DNA from: a virus
Length of the DNA: 48,178 nt
Reading direction: 5' to 3' (one strand)
IMG/VR virus record: IMGVR_UViG_3300029944_000014
In this document: piece after piece, positions 24,140 to 32,194 of the stretch
How the letters are laid out: each line of letters opens with the position of its first letter
How positions within the stretch are numbered: the stretch's first letter is position 1
Program-made: the position numbers and the translations under genes
The notes under the pieces: model-generated
Seen by the model: only the letters and a program-made list of their open reading frames with translations
The model's database searches: none
What the model was told of the DNA's origin: nothing

Positions 24140-25882
24140 TTAGCCCTTCCGTGGATCTTTGTTGATTTGGGTCACTAGACGGGGCTCGCTCATAAACGGC
24201 GCCATCCAGCTACGCGGGCTGTGGCCTGCATATTCGGTGATCTGGCGGCCGGTAGCGTCGGTGCGGATAATCGGGCGAAGCTCAGCCGATCCTGCATCAA
24301 CGGTATGCGCGCTCACCATGGCATCGGCGTAAATCGTTTCTTCAGCCATCGCTAGCACGGCTTCCGGCAGTTCCGGCGTCAGCTCGATATCCTTCCAAGC
24401 GCCGGAGTGCTTTTGCAACGGGCGAGCCAGCCGCTTTTTGTACGACAGCAGCGTTTCGCCGGACATTGGCGCCGGGGCGCGCTGGCCGAGGGCCGAGTAC
24501 ACGCTATCAGCGCGAGCCTGTGCGGTAGCGAACAGGCCGTAGTCAGCCGCTTGCGTATCCCGCGGCAAATTGCCTTCGAGCATTTCCAGGCGTTTTTTAA
24601 GCGCTTGGTTTTCGCTCATAGCTGCGTCGGCCTTCTTGTTCGCTTCCTCGGCTTTCTCGTCCGCCTTTTTATCGGCGGCCGTCATCGTCGGAGCAGGCAA
24701 TTCTTCACCTGCACCGTCAGCCTTTTTATCGGCTTTCTTGTCGCCTTTACGGGCCTCCTCCATGCTGTCCATCCGGGCGCCCATAGCTGCTACGCTATCC
24801 GCCAAGGAACGAGCCCAAGCCGGCTGTTCGGCATCGGCCTTGGCCTTAGCTTCGTCCGCTTTTTTCTTGTCTTCTGCTTCTTTGGCTTCGGCGTCGGCTT
24901 TAGCCTTCAGTTCTTCTTCCGTCATGATTGATTCTCCATTTGCTGAATCCGATATAACGCCAGCAGCCGCGCCGCCTTTGTCCCATACTCCCAACTCACA
25001 GACTGCCACGTGATCAATAAGCCCTGGTTTGCCTTCAATCAGGAAAGGCGTACCGTCGGCTAACTGCAGCATACCGTTCGCGCCTTCCCTGAAAACAACC
25101 GTGGGCGAGGTCGATACCTTAAAATCCGGGTCCGACATAATCTCTACGGCATCGGCATCGTAAATTCGGGCTATCGCCCAGACCTCGTCACCTTTGATAT
25201 AAGGCAACATAATCGAGCCGACGATACGCTTTTTAAATTCTTTCGAGTCTAGAGTGCGCTTTTCCGGGTGCAACATAATAACCGGCACGCCGTTACATCG
25301 CGCTAAAAACTCTTTGGTCAGGTAATTTTCTGGCAAACGTAGCACATATTCTTGATCTAAGCTACGGTACGCAATGCCAGTGCCTGTTACGCGAATCGCG
25401 AACAGGGCCATGTTTGAGTAAATTTGAGGGGAAGGCAAATCGCCGGAAGCGATCGACCGGGCTACGTCCAACTCGCTAATATCGGCCGGGTTTTGGCTAT
25501 TGTTCGCCTGCAAATGATTATTGCCGAGCAGGTCTTGCACGCCGGGATGCAGGTTCGCCGGGTAAGCGCCGAAGTCCACCCACATAAACGCATCTGACTC
25601 ACTATTCAAGGTCGGCGTGAATTGCTCAACCCGGGCAACGAAAGTCGTAAATTCGTTGTGGCCATCGTTCGAATAGCTAAGCTGCGTCAGGTCCGAGCAT
25701 TCGTATTTCAGTTCCTCACGGCACTCGCGCCGCGCTGCTTCCTCAGGGGACTCGCCAGCTTCTAGGCCCCCGGCCGGGAAAGCCCAGGTACCAGGGTAGT
25801 CGCAAGATAGGCTGCGTTTCGTCAGCAAGATTTGGTTGCCGGAAACAAACATCACCCCGGCTGCGCGTTTTAGCTCAGCCAT
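24140..25882 (-). CDS. Nudix hydrolase domain fused to capsid scaffolding/prohead-core protein
   Basis: 580 aa. Nudix box GGLEAGESPEEAARRECREELKY at residues about 38-60. Then a DUF2213-like region (DLPSPQIYSNMALFAIRVTGTGIAYR ... LIDHVAVCELGVWDKGG). Then a K/A/D/E coiled-coil (KAKADAEAKEAEDKKKADEAKAKADAE, KKADKKADG, KKADEKAEEANKKAD). It occupies the scaffold slot. Confidence 0.85.
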   Translation of the reverse strand: MAELKRAAGVMFVSGNQILLTKRSLSCDYPGTWAFPAGGLEAGESPEEAARRECREELKYECSDLTQLSYSNDGHNEFTTFVARVEQFTPTLNSESDAFMWVDFGAYPANLHPGVQDLLGNNHLQANNSQNPADISELDVARSIASGDLPSPQIYSNMALFAIRVTGTGIAYRSLDQEYVLRLPENYLTKEFLARCNGVPVIMLHPEKRTLDSKEFKKRIVGSIMLPYIKGDEVWAIARIYDADAVEIMSDPDFKVSTSPTVVFREGANGMLQLADGTPFLIEGKPGLIDHVAVCELGVWDKGGAAAGVISDSANGESIMTEEELKAKADAEAKEAEDKKKADEAKAKADAEQPAWARSLADSVAAMGARMDSMEEARKGDKKADKKADGAGEELPAPTMTAADKKADEKAEEANKKADAAMSENQALKKRLEMLEGNLPRDTQAADYGLFATAQARADSVYSALGQRAPAPMSGETLLSYKKRLARPLQKHSGAWKDIELTPELPEAVLAMAEETIYADAMVSAHTVDAGSAELRPIIRTDATGRQITEYAGHSPRSWMAPFMSEPRLVTQINKDPRKG

Positions 25883-25909
25883 GGTTTGCCTTTAAAACCC
25901 CGATATTTA

Positions 25910-26728
25910 TCATTGTGCTGCGACTCGCTCTAAGCTTTTAATGCCCAAGACCGTAAGCATATAATCCGGCACACTGGCGAGATTGTACACATAAACGTAG
26001 CTACAGCGGCAAAAGGGCTCTTCGCCGGGCTGCGTAATCTGATCGGTATAACCGGCAGGGCCGACTTTCATCAAACCTTTCTGCATCGCCCAGTTACCGC
26101 GGATCGCATAATATTTCCTGTCACGCTCTTTATGGTCGGGCCGATAGTTGTACCCCGGCTGACGCCAGCGTGAATCCCAAACAGCACACAAAGCGTTATT
26201 GTCGAGTGCGATGATATCGTTGATATTCGATATCAGCTTGTGCGCTTGATCAATCAACACGCGCCGCTCTTCATAGGGTAGTGAGGTAAGGGGCTTAGTT
26301 AAATTCTCCTTAACTTCTTTCACTTCTACTACGTTGCTCCCGCCGGCCGGTACCGAGGTCGACCAACCTTCAAAGCGCTGAATCGTCTTGCGTATCGTTT
26401 CCTCGCGATGCAACTTGATCAAATTGCGTGAGGCTTCCATGCGCCGCTCTAACTCGCGATGCAGGCTAGGTTTCATCTGGTCGATCGTAAATCGCGATAT
26501 GCCCGGATGCACTTTGTACACGCCGTCTTTCTCGATAAAACGCGTGTACACGGTACGCAGCATGCCGTTCAACATATTTTCGACCATGCTTTGCGGGGTG
26601 TAATGCCTGGCCGCAGCCTCGCGTATCACGAGTATCCACCGCTGGATACGCGCTTGCGAGTCATAGCCGTGCGCTTCGATATCGCGGATCGCTTCGGTGA
26701 TGACTTGGAAAAAGGATTTGCTAGCCAT
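25910..26728 (-). CDS. head morphogenesis protein (Mu F / SPP1 gp7-like)
   Basis: 272 aa. It lies after the portal. The C-terminal RPDHKERDRKYY...PGEEPFCRCSY is typical of this family. Confidence 0.75.
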   Translation of the reverse strand: MASKSFFQVITEAIRDIEAHGYDSQARIQRWILVIREAAARHYTPQSMVENMLNGMLRTVYTRFIEKDGVYKVHPGISRFTIDQMKPSLHRELERRMEASRNLIKLHREETIRKTIQRFEGWSTSVPAGGSNVVEVKEVKENLTKPLTSLPYEERRVLIDQAHKLISNINDIIALDNNALCAVWDSRWRQPGYNYRPDHKERDRKYYAIRGNWAMQKGLMKVGPAGYTDQITQPGEEPFCRCSYVYVYNLASVPDYMLTVLGIKSLERVAAQ

Positions 26729-26993
26729 GGGCCGAGGTCAAAGGGATGAATTCTTTGTCTTTGATATAACCGAAACGATGCGTCTTTAACATCGTGCTCG
26801 CTACTTCCTGCTGGGTAAAAAGTTCAACAAACCAAGTGCAAATAGCCTCAGAGTCAAAATCTTCTATCCTTGCAGCAACATAATGCTTGGCGCCCGTCAT
26901 ACTTTCGTATTCAAACACCGGATGCATCGTAACGAGTTCGATCCTATGGACCTTGGTATCGACTCTAACACGCAGTGTGTACTTATCGAGCAT
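26721..26993 (-). CDS. hypothetical protein (90 aa)
   Basis: ORF between the portal and MuF-like genes, overlapping the MuF start. Confidence 0.55.
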   Translation of the reverse strand: MLDKYTLRVRVDTKVHRIELVTMHPVFEYESMTGAKHYVAARIEDFDSEAICTWFVELFTQQEVASTMLKTHRFGYIKDKEFIPLTSAHG

Positions 26994-27006
26994 AACGACC
27001 CCTTGA

Positions 27007-28479
27007 TTAGGCAGTTACAGCAAAAGGCTTCGGTCGACTGGTCGGCGTCTCGGCTTGCTGAGTGTCTTGCTGTGCTAACTGACTAGCGGCATCCTCGCTA
27101 GCCTGTTGCTGTTTCTGCAGGAAGGCAAGCAACTCGTCAAATTCAAGCATAAGCGGTGTGCTAAACATCAGCTTCATTTCGCTGAGGTTATCCGAGGCCC
27201 AGCGCATAACCTCAGCTTTATTAGTCGGGTCGACTAAGGGCGTCATAACTTCCATCACGGCGACAATAGCTTTGAGCTTCACATCTTCGACCTTGACCTG
27301 TTCGCTTTCCGGCTCAATCAGCAGGGAAGGCCAAGTAGCACTAAAGCTATTTTTCCATTTGTAAAAAGCTTGCTCGTAGGGGATAGCTTGATACTCAGGG
27401 AAGTCGGCTTGCACGCACGCATAGAACTCGGGGGACCAAGCGCGATGCATCGTAATTTCATCGAAATAAGCGTAGGCCGGATTGAGCCACTTACGAATAT
27501 TGTCGATATATCGCGCCACGTTCTTAGCGTCCTCGGTACCTTCCCCGAAACCTTCCGCGAAGGTCTCGCTATTCAATAGCTTGGCCGGCATATCCGCGGC
27601 GACAGCGACGTTCTCTAACACGTTCTTACGTGCTACCGTCATAGCGGTATCTGCGTTTTTCAGGTCAAGTGTCTCAACCGAATCTTCCGGGCCAATGTTG
27701 ATCACATTGTTAGTCGTCGCTTCTTTCAACAAATCCCGCTTACGCCCCGCGGCGCGCTGCATCAAGTTAGTGATAACACCTGTGATCTGTTTCAGCTTGG
27801 CGATCAGTACCCCGGCCTTGCGCGTCACAAGATCATCGGTACGCATTGATTCGATAAACGTCTTAAGTGGGTAGAGTGCCCGCTGATAGACCGAGCACCC
27901 GACATAACCGAAGGCCGAGCCCGTGTAATCGAGGAATACCGGCTCTTCATTCATTAGCACACAGGCGCGGCTGCGGTGATAAACCTGGCCGGCGGCCGTC
28001 ACGTCCTTGTATTTCAGGAAGTCAGGTGCATTAGGATCTTGATTAAGCACGAGTGAGCCCGACGTATTCAAAGGGTCGAGTACGTTGAAATAGAGTTCAA
28101 GCTTAGGCCACTTGAACGGGTCGATCGGTTTATCTGTCGGGATATTGACGGCGCCGACGATGACCGTCGCAACCCCGTACACCCGAGATAGCGAACCAAC
28201 GTTGAGGATGTTCTTGTCATTCTCAAGATTCAGCCACTCGTCCTCAAAAGCTTTGCGCAAACGATCTTCGGGGCCACCGTTAATCGTTATCTTGCGCTCT
28301 TGGGATTGCGCCATCTTAATCGGCGCGCGCGCCATCTTGGCGCCGAGCGGGTGATAGCGATAGATCAGCTTACACAATTCGTAAGAAGGCGAGTCGCCTG
28401 GCTGGATATCGCCGCCGCTCATAATCTGAGCAAAAGCTTGCCCTGTGCCCGTGCCGTTGCTGATTTCGTATTCGGCCAT
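27007..28479 (-). CDS. portal protein
   Basis: 490 aa. Directly downstream of terL. Gln/Glu-rich acidic C-terminus. The N-terminus (SYELCKLIYRYHPLGAKM) resembles DUF1073-type portals as I recall them. Confidence 0.85.
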   Translation of the reverse strand: MAEYEISNGTGTGQAFAQIMSGGDIQPGDSPSYELCKLIYRYHPLGAKMARAPIKMAQSQERKITINGGPEDRLRKAFEDEWLNLENDKNILNVGSLSRVYGVATVIVGAVNIPTDKPIDPFKWPKLELYFNVLDPLNTSGSLVLNQDPNAPDFLKYKDVTAAGQVYHRSRACVLMNEEPVFLDYTGSAFGYVGCSVYQRALYPLKTFIESMRTDDLVTRKAGVLIAKLKQITGVITNLMQRAAGRKRDLLKEATTNNVINIGPEDSVETLDLKNADTAMTVARKNVLENVAVAADMPAKLLNSETFAEGFGEGTEDAKNVARYIDNIRKWLNPAYAYFDEITMHRAWSPEFYACVQADFPEYQAIPYEQAFYKWKNSFSATWPSLLIEPESEQVKVEDVKLKAIVAVMEVMTPLVDPTNKAEVMRWASDNLSEMKLMFSTPLMLEFDELLAFLQKQQQASEDAASQLAQQDTQQAETPTSRPKPFAVTA

Positions 28480-28490
28480 GATTTAAATCC

Positions 28491-29759
28491 TTAGTAGCCG
28501 TCGCCGTTGCCGAGGGCCAAGCTGATACCGTAAGTGAAGCAGTCCAGTAAATCATCTACTTGATCCTTCACGCCTATCTTGAATCCGAGCACTTGGGTGA
28601 GAAAGTGATTCCGGGTCTCGCCTTTGTATTGCACTACCTTATCGTAAGCGTATTGAGTGATCTTAACGAGGCCTTGATAGACATAGCCTGAGACGCTAAT
28701 CGCCCGTTCATCCTTGCCTAGTGCCGTAAGTTTACTGTCAATTGCCTGTGCAGGCCACCCGCGACGCAAGGCCTGCTGGATAAGGATAGTACCTGAAGCC
28801 TTATCTTCGATGAAAGCGCCCTGTGATCCGTTACGCGCCTTGGTCTTAACGCACAGCGCTTCTAGGTTCTGGAAAACCGTGGGTAGCCAGGTCTCAAGCA
28901 GCGCGCCTTCGATCTGCAGCACATCCCAATCCAAGATGGTAAGCGGCTTGCCGTGGAACTCGGAATATCCATAATACGTTACGCCGGTACCGTCGTTATC
29001 CTTGCCTGTCTTAACTGCTGTATCGATCACGGCGAACACAGTATCGATGTGCTGAGGGGTCGGCACGGGCACGCCGTTATCGAGCATCGCCGTGAGGCTA
29101 AAGAATTGCACCCCGGACCAATCCACGAACTCAGCGAGGTATTCTTGCTTAAAGACAAGCGGGTGATTCTGTACCCGGAGTAGAGCTAACTCCTCGGGCG
29201 GCAGGAAAGGATTGCTATGCGACGGCGCATGATAGCTGATAAACCCGTGCTTGTTCTCAGGGTCATTGCATATCTTGTAGAAGAAATTATCTGGGTCAAC
29301 CCCGTTCGGCGTACTCGCTGCAATTGCTGTGCCGCGATAGTCGAGCAGGGTAGGCTTGATGGATTTGGCCCAGATATCCATCATATTCGGTTTAGCAAAA
29401 GCCACTTCGTCAAGGATGGCTTTGTGGTACTTGCGGGACCGGCCGGCACGCGGGTTCTCTAAGGTCCAGAAGTCAATCCGGCCTCCTGTGACTAGCCGGA
29501 TCACACCTTCGGTTTTAGACGACCGACGCTTAACGACTTCCAGGATATCAAGGATCTGTTCATATACCTCGGTCTGCTGCTTATACTCCGGCGTAAACCA
29601 ACCAACCGACTCACGTTTAACCGCAGCATCGCAAGCAACCGTAGTCAGATATTCAGTCTTGCCCCAGCGGCGCCCGCATCGCAATACCTTAAACCGGCCA
29701 CGTGCGAGATGCGCGTTTATCTGCCCCTGGTGTAGTGTAGGCAGGATGATTTCAGGCAT
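28491..29759 (-). CDS. terL: terminase large subunit
   Basis: 422 aa. Walker A CGRRWGKTE, Walker B-like AILDEVAF, nuclease-half Asp motif FAVIDTA. It is flanked by the terS-like and portal genes. Confidence 0.9.
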   Translation of the reverse strand: MPEIILPTLHQGQINAHLARGRFKVLRCGRRWGKTEYLTTVACDAAVKRESVGWFTPEYKQQTEVYEQILDILEVVKRRSSKTEGVIRLVTGGRIDFWTLENPRAGRSRKYHKAILDEVAFAKPNMMDIWAKSIKPTLLDYRGTAIAASTPNGVDPDNFFYKICNDPENKHGFISYHAPSHSNPFLPPEELALLRVQNHPLVFKQEYLAEFVDWSGVQFFSLTAMLDNGVPVPTPQHIDTVFAVIDTAVKTGKDNDGTGVTYYGYSEFHGKPLTILDWDVLQIEGALLETWLPTVFQNLEALCVKTKARNGSQGAFIEDKASGTILIQQALRRGWPAQAIDSKLTALGKDERAISVSGYVYQGLVKITQYAYDKVVQYKGETRNHFLTQVLGFKIGVKDQVDDLLDCFTYGISLALGNGDGY

Positions 29760-30513
29760 CGCGATTCACCCCGTCTTCAGCCTGTTCGAGATACGTCACT
29801 TTCGGCTCTTCGCGGATTTGTGCGTCGGCCGGCAAGCCACCGATGATACGGATCAAAGCCGGGTCGTCAGCGCCTTCCTGATTAGTTGCGCTACCCTGGC
29901 TAATGCGATAGTCCATTTGACTAACCCTAACCTTTTTAGGCGTCATGCGCCCCATGATCCATTGGCGTGTCGTTATCTGTAAGTTGGCACGTTGAGTGTT
30001 GTCAATGCGTTTAATCTTTTGCTTGGTGATACGGATTTTAGGCTTGCCTGTTTCGGGGTCGATAACAAGCTTGCCGCGCCGATACACTAGCTCTTGTTCA
30101 GTCTCTTCGATTAGCGAGATACGGTCATCATCGGCAATCTGGACACACTCGTCTTGCATAGATTGCAAGCGGACCTCAAGCGCAGCCGCGTACATCTCTG
30201 CTACGCCTTTAAACTCAGGGTATTCTTCAGGTGCCGCAGCCTTATCGAGCCAGGTAAATAGCAGGCTCATACTCGGCATGCCAGGTTGATTAGTCGCGTC
30301 AGTAACGGTCATTCCTCGCACACCTGGGCCACCGGCGATATAGCTACAAAGCTCGGTCATAACCGCATGAGTAAATGTGACAAGCTTTGTAGGCTTATAC
30401 TTCGCGGCCTTGGGCGTGATGGCCTTCATGTACGCCTCTTGCACCTCTTCAACTTGAGCGAGCGCAGCAGCTAACTCTTGCTCAAGTTGCTCCTTGGTTT
30501 TAGCTTTAGCCAT
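29752..30513 (-). CDS. terS: terminase small subunit
   Basis: 253 aa. It overlaps the terL start by 8 nt. N-terminal coiled-coil followed by an HTH-like segment (ELCSYIAGG..GMTVTDATNQPGMPSMSLLFTWL). Confidence 0.65.
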   Translation of the reverse strand: MAKAKTKEQLEQELAAALAQVEEVQEAYMKAITPKAAKYKPTKLVTFTHAVMTELCSYIAGGPGVRGMTVTDATNQPGMPSMSLLFTWLDKAAAPEEYPEFKGVAEMYAAALEVRLQSMQDECVQIADDDRISLIEETEQELVYRRGKLVIDPETGKPKIRITKQKIKRIDNTQRANLQITTRQWIMGRMTPKKVRVSQMDYRISQGSATNQEGADDPALIRIIGGLPADAQIREEPKVTYLEQAEDGVNRDA

Positions 30514-30539
30514 GGTGCTAGCTCGGTAATTGCCTCCGG

Positions 30540-30875
30540 TTATTCTGAATAGATAAGCGTGATATTCGCCGCAGTGCCGCCGGCCGTTGTGACGTTGAGC
30601 GCCGTAGCGATTGGGATATTCACCGGATAAACATTAACGGCTGTAGTAGACAGTGTAAGTTTCACGTTAGATCCATCGTCAACCACGATAGTCGAAGTCA
30701 CACCGGCCACTCCAACGATGATGCTTTCGAGTAACGTTGGTCCTGTCGTTACGGCCAGAGTCTCATTGGTCGTCAGGTTGACAACATGCTGAGTTGAGCC
30801 GCTACCTGCAGGTGCGGGGGCAATCCAGACAGGGATAGCAGAGGCAGGGTTGGACTGAGAATTAGGGAAGGCCAT
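30540..30875 (-). CDS. small beta-rich protein (paralogue of 19293..19625)
   Basis: 111 aa. See 19293..19625. Confidence 0.6.
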   Translation of the reverse strand: MAFPNSQSNPASAIPVWIAPAPAGSGSTQHVVNLTTNETLAVTTGPTLLESIIVGVAGVTSTIVVDDGSNVKLTLSTTAVNVYPVNIPIATALNVTTAGGTAANITLIYSE

Positions 30876-30890
30876 AGTGTCACCTCAAAA

Positions 30891-31109
30891 TTATCGATGG
30901 AACCGCGGGGATATCCAGTTACGATTTAACTTGCGCTTGCGTAACGACCGAAGGCGCTTGTCTCTCTGTTGCTGCATAACACGCATGTCAAACCAATCAG
31001 GCGGATCGATAGCCGTTGAGCGAACGGAAACAGCCCGCTTTTCAAGGCGAGCCTGCAGCTCCTCTAATTCATCTTCTTGATCCTGCGCCGCGCCTTGATC
31101 CTGCAGCAT
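30891..31109 (-). CDS. hypothetical charged protein (72 aa)
   Basis: ORF with an acidic N-terminus and a basic C-terminus, co-oriented in the late operon. Confidence 0.5.
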   Translation of the reverse strand: MLQDQGAAQDQEDELEELQARLEKRAVSVRSTAIDPPDWFDMRVMQQQRDKRLRSLRKRKLNRNWISPRFHR

Positions 31110-31136
31110 GGCAAACCTCGATAGCTTTCAGTTGTG

Positions 31137-31640
31137 TTATCTGACGGGGATTGTAACGGCAAAATCCATATACCAGTTGAAAACGTCCCAGGCGTGCTTA
31201 TGCCCGTACACGACAATACAGCAATACCCTTTACGATGCGCCGCTGCGGCAAACTCAACTTGGGCCTCGCTTTGGCCCCCGTTCTTTTCATTTTGTCGGC
31301 CTAAGCGCTTGAACTCTAAATAGAGGCCAAAATAACCGCCCCTTGCTTCTTGTATACAATAATCGTATACACCTGCGCGAACACCTTCGGCGGCTAGACG
31401 CACACGTTCTATCTCACCACGGGAGCCGCCGTTAGGTACGGCGTAGCCCAGTACGTCGGGATAAAACGTTTTTAACTTAGCCGTAAATATAACTTGGTCG
31501 GTATGTTCTAGTTTTATCTTAGGTTTAGTAGGCTTCGTAGCCTTAGTTTTAACTTTAACCCCTATCTCAAGAGATTTAGTAGTCTTAGCAAGCGTAGCAG
31601 GCCTAGCGAGAGGTTTTAATAAAGCTGCAATTTTAGCCAT
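31137..31640 (-). CDS. VRR-NUC family nuclease (PD-(D/E)XK) with Lys-rich N-terminal tail
   Basis: 167 aa. GVYDY...GLYLEFKRLG...LSEAQVEF...GYCCIVVYG fits the D...ExK core and overall VRR-NUC layout. Confidence 0.8.
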   Translation of the reverse strand: MAKIAALLKPLARPATLAKTTKSLEIGVKVKTKATKPTKPKIKLEHTDQVIFTAKLKTFYPDVLGYAVPNGGSRGEIERVRLAAEGVRAGVYDYCIQEARGGYFGLYLEFKRLGRQNEKNGGQSEAQVEFAAAAHRKGYCCIVVYGHKHAWDVFNWYMDFAVTIPVR

Positions 31641-31872
31641 CTTTACCCCCGAAAAGATCAGGTCTAAGCGTAGCAGCGCTAAATTTAGGATTTACCTTTT
31701 CAACAAGTTGCGCTCCTTTAGCGCTAATTTGCCCGTAAGACATCCATCCGGCGGCTCGGCCTTCAGGTATAGCTAAAATTCGGGCTAACTGCTTAGTTGA
31801 GCCCCCGTAAAAATCTAGTAAATCACGTAAAGCTAAACGCTTAGCCGCCTTAAAATTATCCGACTTAGCCAT
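31633..31872 (-). CDS. Cro/YdaS-like helix-turn-helix protein, first gene of the late block
   Basis: 79 aa. GGSTKQLARILAIPEGRAAGWMSYGQISAKGAQLVE...LRPDLF parallels the HTH of CDS 35500..35856. GAGGGGG SD. Confidence 0.65.
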   Translation of the reverse strand: MAKSDNFKAAKRLALRDLLDFYGGSTKQLARILAIPEGRAAGWMSYGQISAKGAQLVEKVNPKFSAATLRPDLFGGKDG

Positions 31873-31924
31873 AAAACCCCCTCTTTATCCAATTTAAAAG
31901 TTAAAAAGCTTTTTAACCTTGTCA

Positions 31925-32194
31925 GGTACACCGTCTGGTACGCACTCAGAACACCCCTGTGTACGGGCTGAAACCCTTACCTGTATTGGGTTTCAGCGAT
32001 TTGGTACACGCGGTGCACCGGAATCGACAAAACTCTATCCTGACGCATAATGTATATATCGTAATATCACGATATATCATTTCTTCTTCTACTCTCTTTA
32101 TTACTTTTTCAGTGTACCAGTGTACTAAAAGAAAGAAAGAAGAATGAAATCAAGTACTTAAGTCGGTACACAGGTAGTGTACCTCCTGTGTACA
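31925..32194. promoter_or_regulatory. Iteron-rich, AT-rich non-coding region (candidate replication origin and/or late-operon control region)
   Basis: About 10 copies of GGTACAC/GTGTACC or one-mismatch variants, at 31925, 31937, 31959, 32003, 32013, 32112, 32120, 32165, 32177 and 32188. A 10-bp perfect hairpin at 31967-31997. A 9-bp inverted repeat ATATATCGT/ACGATATAT at 32054-32077 inside a roughly 70-bp AT-rich stretch. Confidence 0.5.

Noticed and set aside
24407-25013. Plus-strand ORFs antisense to the scaffold coiled-coil region
   Set aside because: Low-complexity K/A/D/E coding DNA gives open antisense frames. There are no start signals, and they oppose the transcription direction.
31959-32147. 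62-aa plus-strand ORF in the primase/late-operon gap
   Set aside because: It lies in the AT-rich repeat region, has no SD, has an odd composition, and opposes both flanking operons. I treated the region as regulatory DNA.
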